A stretch of DNA of 64,000 bases from Oscillospiraceae bacterium (GTDB lineage: Bacteria; Bacillota; Clostridia; Oscillospirales; CAG-272). Location: NCBI GenBank assembly GCA_015064355.1, contig SVSJ01000007.1, positions 7,435-71,434 on the forward strand, in the 5' to 3' direction. The position numbers were made by a program, and so were the translations under genes. Of this stretch, positions 9,102-18,197 are shown in pieces (within the stretch, counting starts at the first letter, position 1; the number at the start of each line of letters is the position of its first letter). Below the pieces are notes generated by a model, which searched no databases, had not been told where the DNA came from, and saw only the letters and a program-made list of their open reading frames with translations.

Positions 9102-9998
9102 ATGATCAATACAGATTTTGCAAAATCGAAAGGATACGATATAGAAAAGCTGGCTCTGGGCATCGGCTTGCCGGAGGATTACTTTGATGCGGTTGCTCCT
9201 GTTTGCGAGACTATTCTCCGTGACTACGGTGAGGACTTCGCTGCTATTCAGGCTGATATGAAAAACCCCGCACTCTACGATGCTCTCACCGAAAAGGTTG
9301 GCGTTTATGCGGATCTCTGCTGGATGGCAGTTTATATGCTTCTGGCAGTCGACGCTCGCAAGGTTTATGATACAAAGGGTCACTCCGAGCGGATCTACTA
9401 TGATTCAATGCGCGAGATCACCATTTGGTCGAAGGTTTGTATGAAGGACTGGAACCACATTGGTATTCACAACCAGCTCGACTGGATATCCCGTTTCTTT
9501 ACAAACGATCTTGTGCGTCTCGGCAGACTTGAGTTTGAGATCATCCCCCAGCATCAGAGCGTCCTTTGGGAAAAGCACGGCGTAGTGTCAAAGGGTGGCG
9601 ACCCAGTTATCAATATTCATATTCCCGAGGACGGCGGACTTAAGAACGATCTGGTTCAGGATTCCCTCAAACAGGCATACCGCTACTTCGGCTGCACCGG
9701 CAAAGCTGTATTCATCTGTAGCACATGGCTCCTTTGGCCAGGCAACCGTGAATATATGCATGAGAGTTCGAATATCCTACGCTTTATGGACAATTTCGAT
9801 ATAATCCAGCGTGAGGATCAGCAGAATCACCGTGACTTGTGGCGAGTGTTCGGCAAGCGTGAGACTTACGTTCCTGCAGAATTGCCCCGCGATACAGAGC
9901 TTCAGAGAAGATTTTCAGATTATCTTGCGACACACGATATGGTGTCCGGCCGCGGTCTTGGCATATTCGCTCACGATGGTGAGAATTTGTATAACTAA
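9102..9998 (+). CDS. Uncharacterised protein, possibly of the NAT_N / GNAT-like_C acyltransferase-like family
   Basis: The ORF has a good RBS (GAGG 6 nt before the ATG at 9102) and an extended -10 TGgTATAAT upstream. The family assignment is from memory of similar Clostridial 'acyltransferase domain-containing' proteins and has not been verified. Confidence 0.4.
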   Translation: MINTDFAKSKGYDIEKLALGIGLPEDYFDAVAPVCETILRDYGEDFAAIQADMKNPALYDALTEKVGVYADLCWMAVYMLLAVDARKVYDTKGHSERIYYDSMREITIWSKVCMKDWNHIGIHNQLDWISRFFTNDLVRLGRLEFEIIPQHQSVLWEKHGVVSKGGDPVINIHIPEDGGLKNDLVQDSLKQAYRYFGCTGKAVFICSTWLLWPGNREYMHESSNILRFMDNFDIIQREDQQNHRDLWRVFGKRETYVPAELPRDTELQRRFSDYLATHDMVSGRGLGIFAHDGENLYN

Positions 9999-10010
9999 CG
10001 GAGAATTAAT

Positions 10011-10970
10011 ATGAAAATAGTTGTAACTGACGGTTTTGCGGTAAATCCGGGAGATCTTTCCTGGGATTACCTTAAGAAATACGGCGAAGTGACGGTATAC
10101 GATAATATGTCCGATGAGGAAGCACCTGATGCTATCGGTGACGCTGACTGCGTTTTCACAAATCGTGTGAAGATCGGCGAGGCAGTTCTCGCAAAATGCC
10201 CCAACTTCAAGTTTGTTTCCGCTATGGGAACGGGATACGATATGATCGACGTTACAAAATGCCGCGCTCGCGGAGTTGAGATCTGCAACGTGCCCGGTTA
10301 TTCCACCGCTTCCGTGGCGCAGACCGCATTTTCCTTGCTCCTTGCCAACGCATTTGATCTTGAGGGATACAGAAATATGGTTCGCGACGGCAACTGGACA
10401 GGCGTTCCCGGATTCAGATACCAGGAAAGCCGCTTCGTTGAGCTTGCGGGCAAAACTGTGGGAGTGTACGGCTGCGGTGCCATCGGTATGAAGTTTGCAA
10501 AGATCTGCCAGGCGTTTGATATGAAGGTTCTGGCCACACGCCGCAGTAAAACAAGTGGTACAGTTGACGGAATCGAATTCTGCGAGGCTGACAGGCTCCT
10601 TTCCGAGTCCGATTATATTTCATTCCACTGCCCTCTCACAGACGAGACCCGCGGTATGGTCAACCGTGATATGATCGCAAAAATGAAGGACGGTGCGGTG
10701 ATCGTGAACACCTCTCGCGGTGCAGTGCTGAACGAAGCAGACGTGGCAGAGGCGCTGTGTTCCGGTAAGCTTTCGGGCGCTGGACTTGACGTTCTGGCAA
10801 AAGAACCCGCAGACCCCTCCAATCCCCTCCTCTCTTCCCCCAATACTGTAATTACTCCTCATTGTGCGTGGACATCTGTTGAAGCGAGACTGCGCCTCAT
10901 GAGTATTATGGAAGAAAACCTTGCGTCATTCATTAACACCGGCAAAGGAATCAACAGAGTCGGTGTATAA
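10011..10970 (+). CDS. D-isomer-specific 2-hydroxyacid dehydrogenase (glycerate / hydroxypyruvate reductase-like)
   Basis: NAD-binding motif GVYGCGAIG, the catalytic-region signature FHCPLTDETRGM, and a typical C-terminal PH...S tail. Confidence 0.85.
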   Translation: MKIVVTDGFAVNPGDLSWDYLKKYGEVTVYDNMSDEEAPDAIGDADCVFTNRVKIGEAVLAKCPNFKFVSAMGTGYDMIDVTKCRARGVEICNVPGYSTASVAQTAFSLLLANAFDLEGYRNMVRDGNWTGVPGFRYQESRFVELAGKTVGVYGCGAIGMKFAKICQAFDMKVLATRRSKTSGTVDGIEFCEADRLLSESDYISFHCPLTDETRGMVNRDMIAKMKDGAVIVNTSRGAVLNEADVAEALCSGKLSGAGLDVLAKEPADPSNPLLSSPNTVITPHCAWTSVEARLRLMSIMEENLASFINTGKGINRVGV

Positions 10971-11005
10971 ACCGAGCAAAGCATATTGCCAACAAAGGAG
11001 TACGT

Positions 11006-12655
11006 ATGAGTATTCGCACCATATGCAACCCTATGAACCTGCCGTATCAGTATCGCTGGTTCATCAATGCCCGAGAAGGAGCAGATCCTTTTATCGTAAT
11101 TTTCAAAGATAAGTATTACCTGTTCTTCTCAAGCGCAGGTGGGTATTTCGTATCCGACGATCTGGCAGAGTGGAAGCATATTCAAATGGATATGGAAAAA
11201 TACCCTATTTTTTGTAATTACGCTCCCGGCGCGTGCGTTATTGAGGACAAACTCTATGTCGTTTTCTTCGGTGCTGAGATCATCTGCTCTGACAATCCGT
11301 TAGACCCCGACTCTTGGGAAACAGTGAACTTTCCCCATAAATGGGCTGACCCTGCCATGCTTTATGACGGCGGATACGTTTATATGTACGCCGGTTGCAG
11401 TCCGGATGCTCCCCTTGAAGTTTGGAAACTTGACCCCAAGGATAATATGAATATAGTAGAGGGTCCCATAACCATTCTCCACCAAGACAAGATAAACCAC
11501 GGATTTGAGCGTAAGGGACAGAACAACGAACTTATAAATACCGACACGTGGCTCGAGGGAGCTTGGGTACATAAACACAACGGAAAGTATTATCTGACAT
11601 ACGCCGTCCCGGGTACTGAATACTGGACGTACTGCGACGGATGCTGCGTCGCGGATGATCCTATGGGTCCGTTTACATTCTGTGACAACAGTCCCGTTGC
11701 TTTCAAATCCACCGGATTTGTCAGAGGTGCCGGTCACGGATGTATGTTTGAAGACAAGACCGGCAGATGGTGGCGTGTCGCTACAACCTCGGTGAACGTG
11801 AATCACGGTCTTGAGCGCAGAATCGCGCTCTTCCCTGTCAAGCACGCCGAAGACGGCAGGCTATACACAAACACCTTCCGAGGGGACTATCCTACTCTCT
11901 ACCCCGGTGATAATCCAACTCCATTTGAAACCCCCGATGTAGGTTGGGAGCACCTTTCTTACGGAAAGACTGCAACAGCATCTTCCACTCTCGATAAGAA
12001 TTACTCACCCGATAGGATTTACGACGAAAACAACTCTACGTTGTGGAGCGCAAAAACAGCTGACGCAGGCGAGTGGATACAGCTAGATCTCGAAAAGATC
12101 TACACCGCACGCGCGGTTCAGATAAACCTTGGAGATCTGGATATTGAACCGGCTCAAGGCGGAGGACACGGCGCGTCAAAGTATATCGTTGAATACTCAA
12201 CCGACGGAGAAAGCTATAGTGTTTTGGTTGACAGAAGCCGTAACGAATACGAAGTACTCCACGACTATATTCAGCTTGACAAGCCTACAAATATGCGGTA
12301 TATCAAAGTGACCAACTGCGGTCCTGCACCGGCAGGCGGCAAGTTCGCTATAAGTGCGATCCGTGTGTTCGGTGATCCTGACGGAAACCCTCCCGAAAAA
12401 TCCCCCGAGTTTACTGCAGTAAGGTGCAGTGATCCCTGCAAAATGTACGTTGCTTGGGATAAGGTCGACGGCGCGCAGGGATACTACGTCAGACTTGGCG
12501 TTGATCCGGGCGAAATGCACATTCACTACACCGTTTACGGCGAGTGCGATCTAAATATCGGCTGTCTTAACGCAGGTGTGAAGTATTACCTGACCGTTGA
12601 TTCCTTTAACGAAGCGGGAATAGTAAAGGGCACGAAGATAATAGAAATTGAATAA
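11006..12655 (+). CDS. Glycoside hydrolase family 43-like enzyme with a C-terminal F5/8 type C (discoidin/CBM32-like) module and an Fn3-like module
   Basis: N-terminal five-bladed-propeller-type sequence (NPMNLPYQY..., DPFI, WAPG-like blocks). Discoidin-like block NNSTLWSAKTADAGEWIQLDL...RYIKV. No signal peptide. Confidence 0.7.
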   Translation: MSIRTICNPMNLPYQYRWFINAREGADPFIVIFKDKYYLFFSSAGGYFVSDDLAEWKHIQMDMEKYPIFCNYAPGACVIEDKLYVVFFGAEIICSDNPLDPDSWETVNFPHKWADPAMLYDGGYVYMYAGCSPDAPLEVWKLDPKDNMNIVEGPITILHQDKINHGFERKGQNNELINTDTWLEGAWVHKHNGKYYLTYAVPGTEYWTYCDGCCVADDPMGPFTFCDNSPVAFKSTGFVRGAGHGCMFEDKTGRWWRVATTSVNVNHGLERRIALFPVKHAEDGRLYTNTFRGDYPTLYPGDNPTPFETPDVGWEHLSYGKTATASSTLDKNYSPDRIYDENNSTLWSAKTADAGEWIQLDLEKIYTARAVQINLGDLDIEPAQGGGHGASKYIVEYSTDGESYSVLVDRSRNEYEVLHDYIQLDKPTNMRYIKVTNCGPAPAGGKFAISAIRVFGDPDGNPPEKSPEFTAVRCSDPCKMYVAWDKVDGAQGYYVRLGVDPGEMHIHYTVYGECDLNIGCLNAGVKYYLTVDSFNEAGIVKGTKIIEIE

Positions 12656-12680
12656 TAATAGAAATTGAATAATAATATAA

Positions 12681-12716
12681 AAAGTGTGCTAAACAGCGCA
12701 CTTTTTTTATTTTTTC
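12681..12716 (+). terminator. Rho-independent terminator after the GH43 gene
   Basis: Stem AGTGTGCT/AGCGCACT (one G-T pair) followed by TTTTTTTATTTTTT. Confidence 0.65.
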
Positions 12717-12727
12717 TGAAAAAACCA

Positions 12728-12775
12728 TTGACAGCGTAACAATGTTATGCTATTATACTATCGTAACAATGTTAC
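12728..12775 (+). promoter_or_regulatory. Sigma-A promoter with two copies of a palindromic operator, GTAACA-A-TGTTA(C/T)
   Basis: TTGACA (12728-12733), 17 nt, TATTAT (12751-12756). Palindrome 1 (12736-12748) lies inside the spacer. Palindrome 2 (12763-12775) lies at about +1. Confidence 0.6.
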
Positions 12776-12800
12776 AATACACATTGAAAGGAGTGATCTT

Positions 12801-13322
12801 GTGGAGGAACTTATCTCCAAGAAAGAATTGCTTGAAAAATACGGCATATCATACGGTGCTTTGTACCGCTGGAAGCGAATGGGGCTGATACCCGAGGAAT
12901 GGTTTGAGAAAAAGTCAGCCGTCACAGGTCAGGAAACCTTCTTCCCTCGCGCCGCAATTACAGAACGTATCGAGACGATACTTGCGCTTAAAGACGAAAT
13001 GTCACTTGAGAAAATTGCTGAAAAGCTCAAAGGAAATGAACCCAAGGGCAGCAATCTGCTCAAGATCGTGTGGGATGGCGGCACGACCCAGATCCCCCTT
13101 GACAAGGTTCACTCCATTGCAGTTATCGTTGACGAGGGAAATGTCATAGTTGATCTCACCTCCGTTCTTGGGAAAACCGCAGTTATCGACACCGATTCAA
13201 TCAAAGAGCAGGTAAATGAGGCTATGGAAAAGGCTGCCGCAGGAATGAACGATGTAGAAGTAACTCTAAAGCAAATGACCCAAGACTTTGATAAACAAAT
13301 TGAAGAAGCAAAAAAGTCATAA
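12801..13322 (+). CDS. YhbD-like DUF4004 protein with a MerR-type helix-turn-helix
   Basis: N-terminus reads ELISKKELLEKYGISYGALYRWKRMGLIPEEWF, a MerR-like HTH. I prefer the GTG start at 12801 with AAAGGAG 7 nt upstream. The ORF-track ATG at 12747 lies inside the promoter. Confidence 0.65.
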   Translation: MEELISKKELLEKYGISYGALYRWKRMGLIPEEWFEKKSAVTGQETFFPRAAITERIETILALKDEMSLEKIAEKLKGNEPKGSNLLKIVWDGGTTQIPLDKVHSIAVIVDEGNVIVDLTSVLGKTAVIDTDSIKEQVNEAMEKAAAGMNDVEVTLKQMTQDFDKQIEEAKKS

Positions 13323-13355
13323 ATGATCTTATTAATAAGAAAGGAAATAATTAAT

Positions 13356-14042
13356 ATGGATTTCACAAATTATCCCAATACATCTATCTCCGGTGCAGGA
13401 TCAATTGGCGGTGGCACATTTAACGAAGTTAGCTGCAGCGGAGCCGCAAAAGTTAACGGAAATATTATTTGTGCAAAATTCTCCGCCTCCGGTGCTGCTA
13501 CGGTTGACGGTAATATTGAATGTCATGGAAAGATCTCGGTTTCCGGTGCGTTCAAAGTTACAGGAAACGTAAAAGGAGACCTTTTCAAAGCCTCAGGCGC
13601 TGCGACTGTAAATAAAAACGTGAGTGCAAAAGAAATTAAGCTTTCCGGTGCAACCCACATATTTGGGGACTGCGAGGGGGAGAACGTAGAGATTTCCGGT
13701 GCTGGTGATATTGACGGTCTTCTCAATGCGGAAAACATAATAATCACCCTTGAAGCAAACGGCACGGGTATCAACAAAATAGGACAGATTGGTGGCGGCA
13801 CGGTAATTATTCGCTCACGCAATCACCACACGTCTCGTTTCTTTGGAATTTTCACAAAGGGTCTAATGCTTAAGACTTCGCTTATTGAAGCTGACCGAGT
13901 TGAGCTTGACAACACCAAGGCAGAAACGGTACGCACTATTGACGCTGTGATCGGTGACGGTTGCGAGATCGGTGTGCTTGAATACAGCGGTGAAGTTGAG
14001 ATAAGCGAAAACGCAAAAGTCGGAAAGACAGTTAAGATATAA
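13356..14042 (+). CDS. Bactofilin-like polymer-forming cytoskeletal protein (YhbE/YhbF = BacE/BacF-like)
   Basis: Repetitive beta-helix pattern SGAG.I.G..., SGAA.V.GNI, ASGAATV.GN., LSGAT.IFGD. The in-frame ATG at 13356 has AAGGAA upstream. Confidence 0.65.
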   Translation: MDFTNYPNTSISGAGSIGGGTFNEVSCSGAAKVNGNIICAKFSASGAATVDGNIECHGKISVSGAFKVTGNVKGDLFKASGAATVNKNVSAKEIKLSGATHIFGDCEGENVEISGAGDIDGLLNAENIIITLEANGTGINKIGQIGGGTVIIRSRNHHTSRFFGIFTKGLMLKTSLIEADRVELDNTKAETVRTIDAVIGDGCEIGVLEYSGEVEISENAKVGKTVKI

Positions 14043-14058
14043 ATACATTACAAATAAC

Positions 14059-14095
14059 AGAACCTTGGGACTTATTCCAAGGTTCTTTTGTTTTT
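14059..14095. terminator. Bidirectional rho-independent terminator
   Basis: Perfect 10-bp stem AGAACCTTGG/CCAAGGTTCT, flanked by an A-rich run on one side and a T-run on the other. It sits between convergent genes. Confidence 0.75.
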
Positions 14096-15719
14096 ATAAG
14101 CTGTTTATATAGTCCTCAAGCTCGCTTTTGATTACTGCCACCTGGGGACCGTATACCACCTGTACGCCGTCGGCTTTTTTGATAACTCCTGCGGCGCCGC
14201 TTGCCTTAAGCTTGCCCTCGTCTACAAGGGAGCCGTCCTTTACCGTAACACGAAGACGGGTTGCACAGCAGTCGAGATTCTGGATGTTATCTTTCCCGCC
14301 AAGCCCATCAAGTATAAGCTTTGATGTTTCCGTGGAATTGCTTTTTTTGCTGTTCTTGCCCCCCTTTTTCGCGTTGTAATCTGCGCGGGTATAAAGCTTT
14401 GTTTCTCCGCCGTCCTCTTCCCTTCCGGGCGTCATATAGTTGAATCGACGGATCATAAATCTGAAGAGGAAGAAGTACACGGCAAAATAGAATACACCGA
14501 CTATGGGGATCATTATCCAGTTGGTCTTGGCATTTCCTTGAAGGACGCCAAATAAGGTCAGGTCAATGATACCACCTGAGAAGGTCATACCAACGCCTAC
14601 GTTGAAAATATGCATTAACATATACGCAGCTCCCGCCAGGATGGAGTGGATCACGTACAGTACAGGAGCAACAAAAAGGAAGGTAAACTCAAGTGGTTCA
14701 GTAATACCTGTAAGCATTGCGGTTAGTGCTGCCGACAAAAGCAACCCGCCTGCCACCTTCTTTTTTGTGTCCTTGGCGCAAGTATACATAGCCAGAGCAG
14801 CACCCGGCAAGCCGAAGATCATAAGGGGGAACTTACCGCTCATAAAGCGAGTTGCTGAAACGGAGAACACCTCCGTTGCGGGAGAGGCAAGCTCCGCAAA
14901 GAAAATATTTTGCGCGCCGTAGATCATCGTGCCGTCAATCAGTGCAGATCCTCCCACACCGGTCTGCCAGAATGGAAGATAGAACACGTGGTGTAAGCCG
15001 AATGGAATGAGAATTCGCTCCGTGAAGCCGTAGATAAGTGTACCCGCATACCCGGACTTCAACACAAGGTTGCCGATGGCGTAGATTCCCTCTTGGATAA
15101 ATGGCCACACGAAGAACATTAGAACGCCCACTATAATGTACGCCACCGTAGAAATAATTGGAACGAACCGCGTACCGCCGAAGAAGGATATCACGTTTGG
15201 CAGGCGTATTTTATAGAATCGGTTGTTGAGCCACGCCACCCCAAGTCCTACAATAATACCGCCGAACACGCCCATCTGCAATGATTCGATGCCCACCACG
15301 TTTGCAACAGCACCTTCGTGGAGCTCACCAGACTCCAACATACCGTTCAAAATCAAAAGTGAGTTTATAGTTTTGTGCATTACCAAAAATGCGATTGCAG
15401 CAGACAGGGTTGCAGTTCCCTTTTCGTTTTCCGCCATTCCAAGAGCCACACCCATTGCGAAAATGATCGGGAGGTTATCGAAAATTACCGTACCCACGGA
15501 GGCGAGTAGGCTGAACACGGAGTTTAGTGCTGTGCCGGGGCCCAATATCCCCATAAGATTGTATTCCTCAAGGGTCGTCACATTGGTGAATGACGTGCCC
15601 ACACCGAGGAGAAGCCCCGCTATGGGAAGCAATGCGATCGGCAACATAAAGGCGCGACCAACTCTTTGAAGTACGCCAAATGCCCCGGACCGTTTTCTGG
15701 TTTTTACTGCTTCTGACAT
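14094..15719 (-). CDS. PTS glucose/N-acetylglucosamine-family EIIC-EIIB component
   Basis: Polytopic EIIC domain with a GITE motif (LTGITEPLEFTFLF). C-terminal EIIB carries the phospho-cysteine motif NLDCCATRLRV. No EIIA domain. Confidence 0.85.
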   Translation of the reverse strand: MSEAVKTRKRSGAFGVLQRVGRAFMLPIALLPIAGLLLGVGTSFTNVTTLEEYNLMGILGPGTALNSVFSLLASVGTVIFDNLPIIFAMGVALGMAENEKGTATLSAAIAFLVMHKTINSLLILNGMLESGELHEGAVANVVGIESLQMGVFGGIIVGLGVAWLNNRFYKIRLPNVISFFGGTRFVPIISTVAYIIVGVLMFFVWPFIQEGIYAIGNLVLKSGYAGTLIYGFTERILIPFGLHHVFYLPFWQTGVGGSALIDGTMIYGAQNIFFAELASPATEVFSVSATRFMSGKFPLMIFGLPGAALAMYTCAKDTKKKVAGGLLLSAALTAMLTGITEPLEFTFLFVAPVLYVIHSILAGAAYMLMHIFNVGVGMTFSGGIIDLTLFGVLQGNAKTNWIMIPIVGVFYFAVYFFLFRFMIRRFNYMTPGREEDGGETKLYTRADYNAKKGGKNSKKSNSTETSKLILDGLGGKDNIQNLDCCATRLRVTVKDGSLVDEGKLKASGAAGVIKKADGVQVVYGPQVAVIKSELEDYINSL

Positions 15720-15825
15720 TATTTATTCCTTTCGCTTTTATTCGGATTTGATTCTATATTATTTTTCCTCTGCAAGTAAACATTATTCAGTTTTCAGATT
15801 ATTTTCTAATATCGGCGCAGATATG

Positions 15826-15854
15826 TTGACTTCCCAGGAAAAATATGTTAAAAT
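15826..15854 (+). promoter_or_regulatory. Sigma-A promoter for yitT-like gene
   Basis: TTGACT (15826-15831), 17 nt, TAAAAT (15849-15854). Confidence 0.55.
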
Positions 15855-15884
15855 ACTAACGTATTAGGCATTAGCCTCGATCCA

Positions 15885-15920
15885 CGCTTGTTAGGGAAAA
15901 CCCACAGGCGTTTTATTTTT
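15885..15920 (+). terminator. Terminator-like hairpin plus T-run inside the yitT leader; possible attenuator
   Basis: CGCTTGTTAGGG (15885-15896) pairs with CCCACAGGCG (15901-15910) with a 2-nt bulge, then TTTTATTTTT. There is no co-directional upstream gene to terminate. Confidence 0.45.
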
Positions 15921-15940
15921 ATATAAGGAGTTGTGGCACT

Positions 15941-16813
15941 ATGAAAAAACCAAAAAACACTTCTTACCTGATGAAAAACATCTTCCTTGTTCTCCTTGGC
16001 AATATAATTTATGCGACAACGGTGAAGCTTTTCCTTCTGCCTGCCAATCTTATGTCAAGCGGCACAACGGGTATCGCTCTTGTCATCAACCATCTGACCG
16101 ACTTTTCTATCCCGTTGTTTATTGCGCTGTTTAATATCGCGGCGCTGGTCGTGGGGCTTATCTTCCTCGGGAAGAAGTTTTTTATGACTACTATCCTATC
16201 TTCCCTTTTGTACCCCGCTTTCCTTGAAGTATTAAACAAAATACTGCCCGAGGATATATTCATCACCGACAAAACCATTTTGAACGTGCTGTTCTCCGGT
16301 ATCGGCCTTGGACTTGCTCTGGGGCTTGTTATCAGATCCGGCGCATCAACCGGTGGTATGGACATTCCCGTTCTGATCCTTAACAAGTATTTCAAGCTTC
16401 CAATTTCAATAGTTCTCTACGTTTTCGATTTCTGTATTATCCTTTGCCAGATTTTCTACCACACGGCGGAGGATCTGCTGTACGGCGTGCTTTTGCTTCT
16501 TCTCACCTCCATTGTGCTTGACAAGACCCTCCTTTGGGGTGACACGAAAACCGAAGTGAAGATCATAAGCAACAAGTCGGAGGAGATCAAGGGAGAGATA
16601 CTCTCCGAGGTTGACCGCGGCGTTACCCTGCTCTACGGCGAGGGCGGTTACTCCGGCAAGGAAAGCCAGATCGTACTCACCGTGGTATCAAACCGCGAGC
16701 TTGTAAAAATTGAAAAGCTGGTGCGTAATATTGATCCCGACTGCTTTATGATAGTCAGCTCCGTCCGCGAGGTCTGGGGCAAGGGCTTTTCAATCGAAAA
16801 GACTTATAAATAA
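15941..16813 (+). CDS. YitT-family membrane protein (DUF2179 C-terminal domain)
   Basis: N-terminal polytopic region with LPANLMSSGTTGIAL. C-terminal soluble DUF2179-like block GVTLLYGEGGYSGKE...VSNRE. RBS is AAGGAG. Confidence 0.8.
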   Translation: MKKPKNTSYLMKNIFLVLLGNIIYATTVKLFLLPANLMSSGTTGIALVINHLTDFSIPLFIALFNIAALVVGLIFLGKKFFMTTILSSLLYPAFLEVLNKILPEDIFITDKTILNVLFSGIGLGLALGLVIRSGASTGGMDIPVLILNKYFKLPISIVLYVFDFCIILCQIFYHTAEDLLYGVLLLLLTSIVLDKTLLWGDTKTEVKIISNKSEEIKGEILSEVDRGVTLLYGEGGYSGKESQIVLTVVSNRELVKIEKLVRNIDPDCFMIVSSVREVWGKGFSIEKTYK

Positions 16814-16847
16814 GAAAGAACCCACAGGTCAACTGTGGGTTTGTTTT

Positions 16848-18197
16848 TTACTTGATTATATTATTTATCATGTCGTAAATAGTTTCGGGGGGTATTCCCT
16901 CGGTTCTGATTTCAATTACAACGTCGCCAACCAGTACGCTGAAATTGATTCGGTATCCCGAGTCCTCTCCATCGTCAATCCAATATGCTCTGCGGTAAAT
17001 CACGTCAAGGTTTACTTCTTCAGCAAGGAACACAGGATTATCAACGATTTCCCGCAGCTCATCCGGAACAGATTCCGCACGCGGTATCGGATAGAGAGAA
17101 AGATCGTAATTCACTAAGTCATCAGCTGATGTGCGACGGGATTCGGTATATTCATCTGCATAGCTTATCTTCCACCTGATGTCATCATATCCTCGTGACC
17201 ACAGTCCCGACAGATAGTTGCTGTTCTCGTCTTTGTAGTGTTTTATGCTCTCCACCCAGAAGCCGTCGGGGATATATTCCGGCAGATATTCGCCATATGT
17301 CTCGTCTGTTTTTGCTTCTTCCAGTGAAGAATACTTTGCAAGTGTAGGTATTTCTTCATAGAGTCTGGTTGAAACATTGTATGCTTGACCCTCGTTGTTT
17401 ATCCGTCTCGCACCGTATGAATCGCACATCACAAAATATCCGTATTCATTTTGGGCGAGGAACAAGAGATATGTTTCACCTTCCACAAGATCAGCACTTG
17501 TCAATGATGACGAATAGGTAACCACAAAATTCTGCTGTTCTTCCTTAGTCATACTCAGCCAGCCGTATTTCTCCAGACGCTCTGACGGAACCTTAGATAC
17601 GATATGCGCTACGGTCACCATACCCCCGTAGTATGAAATCGTTAGCGGTTCTTCCGTTTCGATCTCGCCTTTTTTGATCTCGTTTATATTCACTCTGCCA
17701 TCACTGATGAACTGCATATTTTCAGTAACTTCCGTGCCGTCTGTTCCAAGGAATTCTCCTATCACTACAAGATCAGCATTTTCAAAAAGTCCTTCGGTAG
17801 TGATTGGTATACATATATCCTGCATTGCACCGGAGCTGTTCGGAATGTGTATAACAGTCGCATCCCCCGGAATCTCCACCGGAATTTCCGAAATATCGTG
17901 TCCGGGTGTTGTATCAAGAATATGTGATGCCTCCGGCTGCTCTGTCACAAAAATGGGCGGATCGGTTTCTGTAATTATTCCCGTGTTATCAGTTTCTGAT
18001 GTGTTATCCGGCGATATATAATTCGGCTCTTCCATTTGCATAGCAACTTGCCATCCACCTACACCAATCACCAAAGTAAGGCACACACACATCACGGCAA
18101 GTGATATGCTTTTTTTCATCATTGACTGTTTCTCTCTATGTCTGTCTCTGCGTTCAAGTACGCTTTTCGCCATTTCATCATAGCTTTTCATAATCAA
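16848..18197 (-). CDS. Single-pass membrane protein, putative anti-sigma factor / extracytoplasmic sensor
   Basis: Short cytoplasmic N-terminus, one TM helix (ISLAVMCVCLTLVIGVGGW) and a large C-terminal domain with no motif I recognise. It overlaps the stop of the upstream ECF sigma gene by 20 nt. Confidence 0.45.
   Translation of the reverse strand: MIMKSYDEMAKSVLERRDRHREKQSMMKKSISLAVMCVCLTLVIGVGGWQVAMQMEEPNYISPDNTSETDNTGIITETDPPIFVTEQPEASHILDTTPGHDISEIPVEIPGDATVIHIPNSSGAMQDICIPITTEGLFENADLVVIGEFLGTDGTEVTENMQFISDGRVNINEIKKGEIETEEPLTISYYGGMVTVAHIVSKVPSERLEKYGWLSMTKEEQQNFVVTYSSSLTSADLVEGETYLLFLAQNEYGYFVMCDSYGARRINNEGQAYNVSTRLYEEIPTLAKYSSLEEAKTDETYGEYLPEYIPDGFWVESIKHYKDENSNYLSGLWSRGYDDIRWKISYADEYTESRRTSADDLVNYDLSLYPIPRAESVPDELREIVDNPVFLAEEVNLDVIYRRAYWIDDGEDSGYRINFSVLVGDVVIEIRTEGIPPETIYDMINNIIK

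Noticed and set aside
12642-12675. A perfect 17-bp tandem duplication (TAGAAATTGAATAATAA x2) spanning the GH43 stop codon.
   Set aside because: It is real in the sequence but lies at or after the stop codon, so it does not alter the protein. It is most simply a slippage scar with no evident function.
15720-15825. A RAT/antiterminator element upstream of the PTS EIICB gene.
   Set aside because: No sequence resembles the RAT consensus and no terminator hairpin is visible in the minus-strand leader.
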